Assembly: GCA_964016885.1 (NCBI GenBank)
Contig: OZ024764.1
Location: 26,102,001-26,166,000 of the forward strand
From: Eledone cirrhosa
Taxonomy: Eukaryota
Direction of reading: 5' to 3'
Length of the DNA stretch: 64,000 nt
The position numbers were made by a program, and so were the translations under genes. The notes below the pieces were generated by a model, which saw only the letters and a list, made by a program, of their open reading frames with translations, did not search any database and was not told the origin of the DNA. This document shows positions 1 through 13,016 of this stretch, in pieces. Position 1 is the first letter of the stretch. Each line of letters opens with the position of its first letter.

Positions 1-170
1 TTGTGGTAGAGGTATTTTAGTGGTGGTGTTGTGGTAGTGGTATTTTAGTGGTGGTGTTGTGGTAGTGGTATTTTAGTGGTGGTGTTGTGGTAGTGGTATT
101 TTAGTGGTGGTGTTGTGGTAGTGGTATTTTAGTGGTGGTGTTGTGGTAGTGGTATTTTAGTGGTGGTGCT
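1..170. repeat. 28-bp tandem repeat, followed by a degenerate (TG)n tract to ~600
   Basis: gtggtagtggtattttagtggtggtgtt about 6 times. Confidence 0.9.
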
Positions 171-752
171 GTAGCTCTGTTACAGTGGTGGTGTCGGTTT
201 GAGAAAATGTAGAAAGCTGTATGCGTGTGTGAGTGTATGATGCATGTGTTTATGTGTGTGTTTGTATGTGTTTATGTACGCATATGTATGTGTGTTTATG
301 TGTGTGTATGTGCGTTTGTGTGTGTGTGTGTGTGTGTGTGTTTAAGTGTGTATGTGTGTGTGTATGTGTGTGTGTTTAAGTGTGTATATGTGTGTGTGCG
401 TTTATGTGTGTGTATTTAAGTGTGTGTATGTGTGTGTGTATGTGTGTGTGTTTAAGTGTGTATATGTGTGTATGTGTGTGTGTTTAAGTGTGTGTATGTG
501 TGTGTGTTTAAGTGTGTATATGTGTGTGTGCGTTTATGTGTGTATGTGTGTGTGTTTAAGTGTGTGTATGTGTGTGTTCAAGTGTTTGTATGTGTGTGTA
601 ACAACAGACAGACAGACAAACAGAAATGATACAACAGCAACAACAACAACAATGACAACAACAGCAGCAGCACCATGACAACAAAAATAACAACATCAGC
701 ATCATCAGAACAACAACAGCAACAACATCTATCAGCAGCAAACAATTTAAAT

Positions 753-797
<45 letters not shown>

Positions 798-869
798 TAA
801 ATAATGATAACAATAAAAAAAAAAATAAATAAATAAATAAATTAATTAATTAATTAATTAATAATAATT

Positions 870-1343
870 TTGTCATGGCTAGAAAACCTGACATTGTTGT
901 CGTAGAGAGGAATAAGAAGGCATGTCTTGTGGATATTACTTCACCATGGGACGACAGGGTGGATGAGATGGAGAAGGAGAAAGTTGAGAAATACCAAGAG
1001 ATGAGGAGAGAAACTGTGGAGAGTCTGACATATAGAAGTGGTACTGATTGTGGTTGGTACACTGGGAGATGTTAGTAGTAGGTTAGACATGTAGAAGTGG
1101 TACTGATTGTGGTTGGTATACTGGGAGATCTTAGTAGAAGGTTGGATGCATGGCTTGGGAAATTAAGAATTACCATCAGGACAGGATTGTTGCAGAAATC
1201 AGCCTTACTGGGACAGCAATGATTCTAAGAAGGTTGTTGGAAAGTTGATGGAGAAGGAATGACCCAAAGGGCCTTTGGACAGGCTATGGCTCCCTTTTTT
1301 GGTATAGTGTCAGTATAACATCTGACAGAGCAAAAGCGTTCCG
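870..1343 (+). mobile_element. 5'-truncated R4/Dong-like non-LTR retrotransposon (restriction-like endonuclease C-terminus), decayed
   Basis: RKPDIVV...LVDITSPWD...EKEKVEKYQ followed by LLQKSALLGTAMILRRLL; flanked by (TAA)n on both sides. Confidence 0.8.
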
Positions 1344-1852
1344 AATAATAAAAATAATTGTTTCTACTTGTAGCACAAGGCCAGCAATTACCCAGTGCAT
1401 TACTGGTACTTTATTTTATCGACCCCGTAAGGATGAAAGGCAAAGTTAACCTCGGCGGGATTTGAACTCAGAACGTAAAGGGCCGTAATTGTGATAATAA
1501 TAATAATGAGTAAATGAGAGAGAGTGTGTGAGAGAAAAGAGGGAGAATAAAAGAAAAACAGAGAGCGAGGGAGAGAGATAAAGAGAAACGGAGAAAGAAG
1601 GAAAGATAAAGAGAGAGACATAAGGAAAGACAGAGAGAGAGAGAGGGGGAGAGTTAAAAAGGCTACAAACCTAAAACAAACAAAAAATTTAAATAAGACA
1701 TGCACATATATTCAAATTAGTTTAAAATGAAAAATAAAATTCAAAACAATCAAAACAAAACAAAAAAAAATTAAAAGTACAAAAAAATATAAAGAATTTC
1801 ACATGTAAAATAGAAAGAAAATCTTGGAGAAAAGCTTTTAGTTTAATTAAAA

Positions 1853-2350
1853 CTAACAGAAGTACCCGACGTTGCCTGGGGGAAAGATGAGTGACTCAGT
1901 GGATAAATATGCTGGTAATTAATAATTGCAACTCTGCATAAATATATTTTTAGAAGCATGTTTATATTGAGAATGTGTGTGTATGTGAGTGTATTCTTTC
2001 TTTTGCCCCATAACAGTACTCCTTCGGGGAAATAGAAATCAATAAGTACTAAATACAGGCATCAATATGATAGCCAACGCTCTTTAAGACATTGTCCCTT
2101 TATCATGTATTTTTGGGTGTATTTATTGAAGCGCTGTGCCTCCTGAGGGAGCAGATGCTCCAGAAATTCAGGAGGTTACTCACCCCACTCTCCTACAATT
2201 CTCTATCTTATTACCGCTAACCCTGTAGATTCTAAAGCTTGCAATAAACTATAAGTTATCTCTCTTCCCCTCTAGACTTAAAAAAGGGGTTGCCTCCCCT
2301 GATGAGTGTGATGGACAGACTGAGAAACAGCTCTTCTTTTATAATATAGA
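1853..2350 (-). mobile_element. Non-autonomous Helitron-like element
   Basis: Minus strand starts A|TCTATATTATAAAAG and ends with a GC-rich hairpin CCCAGGCAACGTCGGG then TACTTCTGTTAG|T (CTAG variant); inserted between A and T. Confidence 0.6.
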
Positions 2351-3394
2351 TGATGATGATGATGGTGGATTCTGATTTAGGCACAAGGCGAACAATTCAA
2401 GGAGGGGAAAGTCAATTAAATCAACCCCAGTGCATTACTGGTACATTACTTTATCGAGCCCATAAGGAAGAAAAGCAAAGTTAACCTCGGCGGGATTTGA
2501 ACTCAGAATGTAAAGGGACATAACTCATGTCCAACGCTCTACTGATTTCTGCCAGCCCGTCACCCTCAATGATAATGGATTCTGATTTAGGCACAAGGCC
2601 AACAACTTTGGGGGATGGGAAACTTGATTAAATCAACCCCAGTGCATTACTGGTACTTTATTTTATCGACCTTGAAAGGAAAAGCTAACTTTGGTAAGGT
2701 TTGAACTCAATACATAAAGGGATGTAACTATATGCTACAAAGCATGCTGTCCAACACTTCTTTTTCGCCCACTAAATCCTGAGAGGGTTGTGGGGGATGA
2801 GTCCTCAAACACTCCTTTCAGTGGGTCCTGTCAGAAGCAACTGTCTCTAACAGATCAGGCTGGATCCCCAAGCAAGACCAACCAAGCTCATGAATATTAT
2901 CTACCCACCTTGCTCAGGGTCTACCCCTGAGTCTCCTGCCAGATGGTTTTTCCCCCATAAAATCTGTCCAGCAATTCTTCCCCCGAGTCATTCTAACTAC
3001 ATGCCCCTGTCCAACACTCTATTTAACAATAATGATTTCTACTTTAGACACAAGGCCAGCAATTTGGGGAGAGCAGGAAAATCGATTAAATCGAGCCCAG
3101 TGCATTACTGGTACTTTATTTTATCGACCCTATAAGGATGAAAGGCAAAGCTAACGATGGTGGAATTTGAACTCAGAATGTAACGGGTCGTAACACTATG
3201 CTACAAAACATGGTGTCATGACAAAAAGCACCCATTACACACTGTAAAGTGGTTGTGTCGGTGTCACGACAAAAAGCACCCAACACTCACTGTAAATGAG
3301 TTTGGCTTTAGGAAAGGCATCCAGCTGTAAAAATCAAGATAAAATCAACCCGTCCTACCCATGCTAGCATGGAAAATGGATCTTAAACAATGAT

Positions 3395-3885
3395 ATCATC
3401 ATCATCACCGTTTTATGTCTGTTCTTCCACGCTAGCATGGGTTAGACAGGTTGTCGTGTTGTGTGCAGTCTCCAGTCGGCTGGCCACGTTTTGCTCATAC
3501 GGGAACTGATTCTGGCTTGATTTCTACAGCTGGATGCCCTTCCTAACACCAACCTCATTTACAGTGAGTGCTGGGGGCTTTTTTTCCGTGGTGCCTATAT
3601 AACCACTTTACAGTGTAGGCTGGGTGCTTTTTACCGTGGTGCCTACACATCCACTTTACAGTGTGGACTGGGTGCTTTTTTTGCCGTGGCACCTGCACAA
3701 TCACTTTACAGTGGAATGATAGGGACCCCAGTCCCTATCATCTCATTTCTACAGCTGAGTAAACTGGAGCAATGTGAAATAAAGTGTCTTGCTCAAGGAA
3801 ACAACACATCACCTGGTCTGAGAATTGAACTCACAACCTTTCAATTGCAAGCCCAATGCTCTAACCACTAAACCATGTGCCTCCA
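3395..3885 (-). mobile_element. tRNA-derived composite SINE with RTE-type (GAT)n tail; further copies at ~33560-33968, 41770-42120, 44175-44550, 48940-49336 (-) and 51221-51548 (+)
   Basis: A box (TGGTTTAGTGG) and B box (GAGTTCAATTC) head, conserved CCTTGAGCAAGACACTT body, internal ATGATAGGGAC...GTCCCTATCAT hairpin; near-identical copies. Confidence 0.85.
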
Positions 3886-4280
3886 TACATATATGTGTGA
3901 GTGTGTGTGTGTGTGTGTGTGTATACATATACATATATTCCCATGGCCGGGCACAGGGCCTTAATGTTTAGCATGCTAGTAATTTTTATGAGTTGCTTCC
4001 TTTGACACTGCATCATAAATTAAGGGGAGATTACTCTATGGTGCCATGTGTCGCCAACAGCACGTTAAAGGTTAAGTCCAGAGTTATAGCGGTGTCACAG
4101 TGTCATAGTGACATACAGCATGTCTTATGCTGTATCTTAAACCTGGTGGAAACCATCTCTGCTGAAGCTGTGAGCAGGACTTCTTCCAGAGAGAGAGTGG
4201 AAGGAAAGAGGGAGGAAGGGAGACGTGGGATGGAGAAAGTAACCCCAGTATCTGACTGGTACTCCAGTTATTGACCTTAA

Positions 4281-5999
4281 CCCTTTAGCATTTAAACTGG
4301 CTATATCCAGCCAGAATTCTCTCGCCTCTTTCTGTTCAAACTGGCCACAACCAGTTGTTCACACTGATGTCTAGGTATTGTTCTCAAAATAAATAATATC
4401 AAAATCTCATAGATTTGATATTATGTGAGATATTATGTGAGGTAAAGCCTTTACTGTGAAAATACAATAGTATATATAGAGTAATGTAAATGTTATGTGA
4501 GATATTATGTGAGGTAAAGCCTTTACTGTGAAAATACAATAGTATATATAGAGTAATGTAAATGTTATGTGAGATATTATGTGAGGTAAAGCCTTTACTG
4601 TGAAAATACAATAGTATATATAGAGTAATGTAAATGTTATGTGTGATATTATGTGAGGTAAAGCCTTTACTGTGAAAATACAATAGTATATATAGAGTAA
4701 TGTAAATGTTATGTGAGATATTATGTGAGGTAAAGCCTTTACTGTGAAAATACAATAGTATATATAGAATAATGTAAATGTTATGAGATATTATGTGAGG
4801 TAAAGCCTTTACTGTGAAAATACAATAGTATATATAGAGTAATGTAAATGTTATGAGATATTATGTGAGGTAAAGCATTTACTGTGAAAATACAATAGTA
4901 TATATAGAGTAATGTAAATGTTATGTGAGATATTATGTGAGGTAAAGCCTTTACTGTGACAATACAATAGTATATATAGAGTAATGTAAATGTTATGTGA
5001 GATATTATGTGAGGTAAAGCCTTTACTGTGAAAATACAATAGTATATATAGGGTAATGTAAATGTTATGTGAGATATTATGTGAGGTAAAGCCTTTACTG
5101 TGAAAATACAATAGTATATATAGAGTAATGTAAATGTTATGTGAGATATTATGTGAGGTAAAGCCTTTACTGTGAAAATACAATAGTATATATAGGGTAA
5201 TGTAAATGTTATGTGAGATATTATGTGAGGTAAAGCCTTTACTGTGAAAATACAATAGTATATATAGAGTAATGTAAATGTTATGAGATATTATGTGAGG
5301 TAAAGCCTTTACTGTGAAAATACAATAGTATATATAGAATAATGTAAATGTTATGAGATATTATGTGAGGTAAAGCCTTTACTGTGAAAATACAATAGTA
5401 TATATAGAGTAATGTAAATGTTATGAGATATTATGTGAGGTAAAGCCTTTACTGTGACAATACAATAGTATATATAGAGTAATGTAAATGTTATGTGAGA
5501 TATTATGTGAGGTAAAGCCTTTACTGTGACAATACAATAGTATATATAGAGTAATGTAAATGTTATGTGAGATATTATGTGAGGTAAAGCCTTTACTGTG
5601 AAAATACAATAGTATATATAGAGTAATGTAAATGTTATGTGAGGTATTATGTGAGGTAAAGCCTTTACTGTGAAAATACAATAGTATATATAGAGTAATG
5701 TAAATGTTATGTGAGATATTATGTAAGGTAAAGCCTTTACTGTGACAATACAATAGTATATATAGAGTAATGTAAATGTTATGTGAGATATTATGTGAGG
5801 TAAAGCCTTTACTGTGACAATACAATAGTATATATATAGAGTAATGTAAATGTTATGTGAGATATTATGTGAGGTAAAGCCTTTACTGTGACAATACAAT
5901 AGTATATATAGAGTAATGTAAATGTTATGTGAGATATTATGTGAGGTAAAGCCTTTACTGTGAAAATACAATAGTATATATAGAGTAAATGCTAAAGGG
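4281..5999 (+). mobile_element. piggyBac-type MITE with an internal 72-bp tandem array (~22 units)
   Basis: TTAA|CCCTTTAGCATTTA...TAAATGCTAAAGGG terminal inverted repeats. Confidence 0.8.
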
Positions 6000-6361
6000 T
6001 TCAAAAATTCTGTGAGGACCTGGTGACATATAACTGACAGATTTTCATGAAATAATTTATTGCCGAATTGTAGCCTAACCACTGACAGTGTCTCACATAC
6101 ACACACAGATATTCATACATATATATACACATATATACATATTTATAAGTAACTACATATACCCAGAGGTTTATCCAATAACGAGAGCAACAGCAAAAGC
6201 AACATCAAAAAACAACAATAGCAATAACAAGCTCAAAATTTCAGAAAGAAAAGAAAAATTAAAGAATAAATATGTATATGTATATATATATATATATAAA
6301 TATATATGTATATTTGTATGTATGTGTGTGTGTGAACAACTGTACTATATAAATATGTATA

Positions 6362-6435
<74 letters not shown>

Positions 6436-6466
6436 AGTGTGTGTCTGTGAACAACTTGACTATATA

Positions 6467-6497
<31 letters not shown>

Positions 6498-6539
6498 GTG
6501 TGTATATGTGAACAACTACACTATATAAATATGTATATG

Positions 6540-6592
<53 letters not shown>

Positions 6593-6627
6593 GTAGGTCC
6601 CGGGTTGAGTCGGGGATATATATATAT

Positions 6628-6965
6628 AAGAGGTGAGTTTTATTGTAGCACAATAAAGCAATGCAAATATCGGATAAGTAGCACTCTACAGTTTGTAGGA
6701 CTGGAGTATAAATAATATAAGATCAAAAGATGGTTAAAAGAGTTCCAAGTATTTTATTATGCGCATTTCAAAAACAAATATCATCATGGATGATATCTGT
6801 TGATTTCAAACTTCACTGCTCACAAGTGTTTTTTAAGCTTCATATCATGTCTCCCTATTTTATCTGATGAGAACGCAGATATCATCCCATGATGATATTT
6901 GTTTTTGAAATGCGCATAATAAAATACTTGGAACTCTTTTAACTATCTTTTGATCTTATATTATA
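6628..6965. mobile_element. Hammerhead-bearing short element, family A (Penelope-like pLTR remnant or retrozyme-like), with ~88-bp inverted arms
   Basis: Homologous to 20534-20742 and 52377-52746; flanked by (TA)n; arms 6713-6800 and 6876-6963. Confidence 0.7.
6856..6926 (+). ncRNA. Type I hammerhead ribozyme, family A
   Basis: UAUUUUAU-CUGAUGA-[16-bp stem II]-GAAA-UGCGCA-UA^AUAAAAUA; 8-bp stem I; palindromic stem III; predicted cut after 6918. Confidence 0.85.
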
Positions 6966-7141
6966 TATCGGTGGATGGGCAGTATTGGTAGAGGGTCGGA
7001 CGCCATGCATAGTTACGTCCCTTTACGGTTTGAGTTCAAATCCCGCCGAGGTTAACTTTGCCTTTCATCCTTACGGGGTCGATAAAATAAAGTACCAGTA
7101 ATGTACTGGGTAATTGCTGGCCTTGTGCCAAAAGTAGAAAC

Positions 7142-7176
<35 letters not shown>

Positions 7177-7217
7177 CGAAACATAAGTCAATTGCATGAA
7201 CTCATAACCCTTTATTT

Positions 7218-7273
7218 ACTGCTATATATATTTCGATGATAGCCATTGAATGGCTATGACCTCATCAGGCAGT
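7218..7273 (-). ncRNA. Type I hammerhead ribozyme, family C (sense to NF1)
   Basis: ACUGC-CUGAUGA-GGUCAUAGCCAU-UCA-AUGGCUAUCAUC-GAAA-UAUAUA-UA^GCAGU. Confidence 0.85.
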
Positions 7274-7479
7274 TAGTCAGTTCTTAGATATGCCAGCTCT
7301 GTGTTTATGGTGTTGATGGTATCAGAGCCTTGGGACAGATATATATATAGGTATATATTTGGCCATTTTCGATAACGAGGGGACAGCCATCATATATAGA
7401 TATAAATATATATATATTTCGTTTCTGAATTTTTTTAGCAAGATTCTTTATCTGAAAACGTGTGTTGAAACCGATATTG

Positions 7480-7665
7480 TTATACTTTGGAAGGGTCATG
7501 TTGTATACTTTGGGAGGGTCATGTTGTATACTTTGGGAGGGTCATGTTGTATACTTTGGGAGGGTCATGTTGTATACTTTGGGAGGGTCATGTTGTTATA
7601 CTTTGGGAGGGTCATGTTGTATACTTTGGGAGGGTCATATTGTATACTTTGGGAGGGTCATGTTG
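7480..7665. repeat. 23-bp minisatellite
   Basis: tgttgtatactttgggagggtca about 8 times. Confidence 0.9.
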
Positions 7666-7741
7666 CCAATAAGAAACACATGTAACAATTGCTTTCACTC
7701 CAATTTATTATAAATTAAATTTATAAATTTCCGGTTGGTTT

Positions 7742-10700
7742 AGTGGTAGCTACAGTAGATGTAGTAGTGATGGTGGTAGTGGTAGCTACAGTAGATGTAG
7801 TAGTAGTGGTAGTGGTAGCTACAGTAGATGTAGTAGTAGTGGTGGTAGTGGTAGCTACAGTAGATGTAGTAGTAGTGGTAGTGGTAGCTACAGTAGATGT
7901 AGTAGTGGTGGTAGTGGTAGCTACAGTAGATGTAGTGGTGGTAGTGGTAGCTACAGTAGATGTAGTAGTGATGGTGGTAGTGGTAGCTACAGTAGATGTA
8001 GTAGTAGTGGTAGTGGTAGCTACAGTAGATGTAGTAGTAGTGGTGGTAGTGGTAGCTACAGTAGATGTAGTAGTAGTGGTAGTGGTAGCTACAGTAGATG
8101 TAGTAGTGGTAGTAGTGGTAGCTACAGTAGATGTAGTAGTGATGGTGGTAGTGGTAGCTACAGTAGATGTAGTAGTAGTGGTAGTGGTAGCTACAGTAGA
8201 TGTAGTAGTAGTGGTAGTGGTAGCTACAGTAGATGTAGTAGTAGTGGTGGTAGTGGTAGCTACAGTAGATGTAGTAGTAGTGGTAGTGGTAGCTACAGTA
8301 GATGTAGTAGTGGTGGTAGTGGTAGCTACAGTAGATGTAGTGGTGGTAGTGGTAGCTACAGTAGATGTAGTAGTGGTGGTGGTAGTGGTAGCTACAGTAG
8401 ATGTAATAGTGGTAGTGGTAGCTACAGTAGATGTAGTAGTGGTGGTAGCTACAGTAGATGTAGTAGTGGTAGCTACAGTAGATGTAGTAGTAGTGGTGGT
8501 GGTGGTAGCTACAGTAGATGTAGTAGTAGTGGTGGTAGTGGTAGCTACAGTAGATGTAGTAGTAGTGGTAGCTACAGTAGATGTAGTAGTAGTGGTAGCT
8601 ACAGTAGATGTAGTAGTAGTAGTGGAAGTGGTAGCTACAGTAGATGTAGTAGTAGTGGTAGTGGTAGCTACAGTAGATGTAGTAGTAGTGGTGGTAGCTA
8701 CAGTAGATGTAGTAGTAGTGGTGGGAGTGGTAGCTACAGTAGATGTAGTAGTGGTGGTGGTAGTGGTAGCTACAGTAGATGTAGTAGTGGTGGTGGTAGT
8801 GGTAGCTACAGTAGATGTAGTAGTGGTGGTAGTGGTAGCTAGAGTAGATGTAGTAGTAGTGGTAGCTACAGTAGATGTAGTAGTATAGGTGGTAGTGGTA
8901 GCTACAGTAGATGTAGTAGTAGTGGTAGTGGTAGCTACAGTAGATGTAGTAGTAGTGGTGGTAGTGGTAGCTACAGTAGATGTAGTAGTAGTGGTAGTGG
9001 TAGCTACAGTAGATGTAGTAGTGGTAGTAGTGGTAGCTACAGTAGATGTAGTAGTGATGGTGGTAGTGGTAGCTACAGTAGATGTAGTAGTAGTGGTAGT
9101 GGTAGCTACAGTAGATGTAGTAGTAGTGGTAGTGGTAGCTACAGTAGATGTAGTAGTAGTGGTGGTAGTGGTAGCTACAGTAGATGTAGTAGTAGTGGTA
9201 GTGGTAGCTACAGTAGATGTAGTAGTGGTGGTAGTGGTAGCTACAGTAGATGTAGTGGTGGTAGTGGTAGCTACAGTAGATGTAGTAGTGGTGGTGGTAG
9301 TGGTAGCTACAGTAGATGTAATAGTGGTAGTGGTAGCTACAGTAGATGTAGTAGTGGTGGTAGCTACAGTAGATGTAGTAGTGGTGGTAGTGGTAGCTAC
9401 AGTAGATGTAGTAGTAGTGGTGGTGGTGGTAGCTACAGTAGATGTAGTAGTAGTGGTGGTAGTGGTAGCTACAGTAGATGTAGTAGTAGTGGTAGCTACA
9501 GTAGATGTAGTAGTAGTGGTAGCTACAGTAGATGTAGTAGTAGTGGTAGCTACAGTAGATGTAGTAGTAGTAGTGGAAGTGGTAGCTACAGTAGATGTAG
9601 TAGTAGTGGTAGTGGTAGCTACAGTAGATGTAGTAGTAGTGGTGGTAGCTACAGTAGATGTAGTAGTAGTGGTGGGAGTGGTAGCTACAGTAGATGTAGT
9701 AGTGGTGGTGGTAGTGGTAGCTACAGTAGATGTAGTAGTGGTGGTGGTAGTGGTAGCTACAGTAGATGTAGTAGTGGTGGTAGTGGTAGCTAGAGTAGAT
9801 GTAGTAGTAGTGGTAGCTACAGTAGATGTAGTAGTATAGGTGGTAGTGGTAGCTACAGTAGATGTAGTAGTAGTAGTAGTGGTAGCTACAGTAGATGTAG
9901 TAGTAGTGGTGGAAGTAGTAGCTACAGTAGATGTAGTAGTGGTGGTGGTAGTGGTAGCTGCAGTAGATGTAGTAGTAGTGGTGGGAGTGGTAGCTACAGT
10001 AGATGTAGTAGTGGTGGTGGGAGTGGTAGCTACAGTAGATGTAGTAGTGGTGGTGGTAGTGGTAGCTACAGTAGATGTAGTAGTGGTGGTAGTGGTAGCT
10101 AGAGTAGATGTAGTAGTATAGGTGGTAGTGGTAGCTACAGTAGATGTAGTAGTAGTAGTAGTGGTAGCTACAGTAGATGTAGTAGTAGTAGTGGAAGTAG
10201 TAGCTACAGTAGATGTAGTAGTGGTGGTGGTAGTGGTAGCTACAGTAGATGTAGTAGTGGTGGTAGTGGTAGCTACAGTAGATGTAGTAGTAGTGGTGGT
10301 AGTAGTAGTGGTGGTGGTGGTGGTAGCTACAGTAGATGTAGTAGTAGTGGTGGAAGTAGTAGCTACAGTAGATGTAGTAGTAGTGGTGGCAGTGGTAGCT
10401 ACAGTAGATGTAGTAGTAGTGGTGGCAGTGGTAGCTACAGTAGATGTAGTAGTGGTGGTGGTAGTGGTAGCTACAGTAGATGTAATAGTGGTAGTGGTAG
10501 CTACAGTAGATGTAGTAGTGGTGGTGGTAGTGGTAGCTACAGTAGATGTAGTAGTGGTGGTAGCTACAGTAGATGTAGTAGTGGTGGTAGTGGTAGCTAC
10601 AGTAGATGTAGTAGTAGTGGTGGTAGTAGTAGTGGTGGTGGTGGTAGCTACAGTAGATGTAGTAGTAGTGGTGGTAGTGGTAGCTACAGTAGATGTAGTA

Positions 10701-12200
10701 GTAGTGGTAGCTACAGTAGATGTAGTAGTAGTGGTAGCTACAGTAGATGTAGTAGTAGTAGTGGAAGTGGTAGCTACAGTAGATGTAGTAGTAGTGGTAG
10801 TGGTAGCTACAGTAGATGTAGTAGTAGTGGTGGTAGCTACAGTAGATGTAGTAGTAGTGGTGGGAGTGGTAGCTACAGTAGATGTAGTAGTGGTGGTGGT
10901 AGTGGTAGCTACAGTAGATGTAGTAGTGGTGGTGGTAGTGGTAGCTACAGTAGATGTAGTAGTGGTGGTAGTGGTAGCTAGAGTAGATGTAGTAGTAGTG
11001 GTAGCTACAGTAGATGTAGTAGTATAGGTGGTAGTGGTAGCTACAGTAGATGTAGTAGTAGTAGTAGTGGTAGCTACAGTAGATGTAGTAGTAGTGGTGG
11101 AAGTAGTAGCTACAGTAGATGTAGTAGTGGTGGTGGTAGTGGTAGCTGCAGTAGATGTAGTAGTAGTGGTGGTAGTGGTAGCTACAGTAGATGTAGTAGT
11201 AGTGGTGGGAGTGGTAGCTACAGTAGATGTAGTAGTAGTGGTGGAAGTAGTAGCTACAGTAGATGTAGTAGTGGTGGTGGTAGTGGTAGCTGCAGTAGAT
11301 GTAGTAGTAGTGGTGGGAGTGGTAGCTACAGTAGATGTAGTAGTAGTGGTGGCAGTGGTAGCTACAGTAGATGTAGTAGTAGTGGTGGCAGTGGTAGCTA
11401 CAGTAGATGTAGTAGTGGTGGTGGTAGTGGTAGCTACAGTAGATGTAATAGTGGTAGTGGTAGCTACAGTAGATGTAGTAGTGGTGGTGGTAGTGGTAGC
11501 TACAGTAGATGTAGTAGTGGTGGTAGCTACAGTAGATGTAGTAGTGGTGGTAGTGGTAGCTACAGTAGATGTAGTAGTAGTGGTGGTAGTAGTAGTGGTG
11601 GTGGTGGTAGCTACAGTAGATGTAGTAGTAGTGGTGGAAGTAGTAGCTACAGTAGATGTAGTAGTAGTGGTGGCAGTGGTAGCTACAGTAGATGTAGTAG
11701 TAGTGGTGGCAGTGGTAGCTACAGTAGATGTAGTAGTGGTGGTGGTAGTGGTAGCTACAGTAGATGTAGTAGTAGTGGTGGTGGTGGTAGCTACAGTAGA
11801 TGTAGTAGTGGTGGTGGTAGTGGTAGCTACAGTAGATGTAGTAGTAGTGGTGGTGGTGGTGGTAGCTACAGTAGATGTAGTAGTAGTGGTGGTGGTGGTA
11901 GCTACAGTAGATGTAGTAGTAGTGGTGGTGGTGGTAGCTACAGTAGATGTAGTAGTAGTGGTGGTAGTGGTAGCTGCAGTAGATGTAGTAGTAGTGGTGG
12001 TAGTGGTAGCTACAGTAGATGTAGTAGTAGTGGTAGTAGTAGTAGCTACAGTAGATGTAGTAGTAGTGGTAGTGGTAGCTACAGTAGATGTAGTAGTGGT
12101 AGTAGTGGTAGCTACAGTAGATGTAGTAGTAGTGGTAGCTACAGTAGATGTAGTAGTAGTGGTGGTAGTGGTAGCTACAGTAGATGTAGTAGTGGTGGTG
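7742..12200. repeat. 4.5-kb compound (GTA/GTG)n minisatellite punctuated by GCTACAGTAGAT
   Basis: Units of variable length, always multiples of 3; ~1-kb higher-order duplications marked by GCTAGA and GTATAG variants. Confidence 0.97.
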
Positions 12201-12777
12201 TAAGAGAATGTTGTAGTGGTGGTGGCAGTATCAGTAGAAGGTCGGACGCCATGCTTTGCAGCATGGAGTTGCGGCCCTTTACGAGGGTTAACTTGTGCCT
12301 CTCATAGAAAAGATCATCATCATCATCACCATCATCATCATCATCGATACTGCTAAACCAGGGTGGTGGTTTGGCAACATCGGTAGGGGGTTGGACACCA
12401 TTCATGGCAGCATGGAGTTATGGCCCTTTATGTAAAATAAAGTACCAGTAATGCACTGGGGATCGATTTAACTGACTCTCCCTTCCCCCAAATTGTTGGT
12501 TTTTGTGCCTAAAGTAGAAACAATAATAATTGTTTCTACTTTAGGCACAAGGCCAGCAATTACCCCAGTGTATTACTGGTACTTTATTTTATCGACCCCC
12601 GTAAGGATGAAAGGCAAATCTAACCTCAACTAAGCTAATCCCACCAAGGTTAACTTTGCCTTTCATCCTTACGAGATCGATAAAATTAAAGTACCAGTAA
12701 TATACTGACGTCGATTTAATCGATTTTCCCCTCCCCCCAAATAACTGGCCTTGTGCCTATACTAGAAATCATTATTT

Positions 12778-12972
12778 AGGGCGGTGGATTGGCAGTATCG
12801 GTTGAGTGTCAGACACCCACCAAGCTTTGCAGCACAGGGTTATGGCCCTTTACGACCTGAGTTCAAATCCCGCCGAAGTTAACTTTGCTTTTCATCCTAA
12901 CAGGGTTGAGAAAATAAAGTACCAGTAATACACTGGGATAATTGCTGGCCTTGTGCCAAAACTAGAAACAAT
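12778..12972 (+). mobile_element. Second tRNA-derived SINE family (Meta-domain-like GCCTTTCATCC...GGTCGATAAAATAAAGTACCAG); copies at ~1357-1490, 2370-2760, 3034-3220, 6968-7145, 12225-12775, 17900-18595, 26820-27700, 27938-28150, 45234-45385, 48625-48730
   Basis: B box GAGTTCAAATCC, conserved core, (ATT)n tail; more than 15 copies in both orientations. Confidence 0.85.
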
Positions 12973-13016
12973 TATTGCTATGACGAGAGAGAAATGAGGA
13001 TGGAATGTTCTTTTAC

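Noticed and set aside
2299-2335. CTGATGA...GAAA motif
   Set aside because: No stem II or stem I complementarity; chance match inside the Helitron-like element.
3810-3885. tRNA-like A and B boxes
   Set aside because: SINE heads without a complete cloverleaf; not tRNA genes.
4140-4190. Possible NF1 micro-exon ending in CCAG|GTTTAA
   Set aside because: All candidate acceptors give lengths not divisible by 3, the donor is weak, and there is no similarity to the expected next NF1 segment.
7743-12203. Poly-valine ORFs
   Set aside because: (GTA/GTG)n minisatellite interrupted by stops; no gene context.
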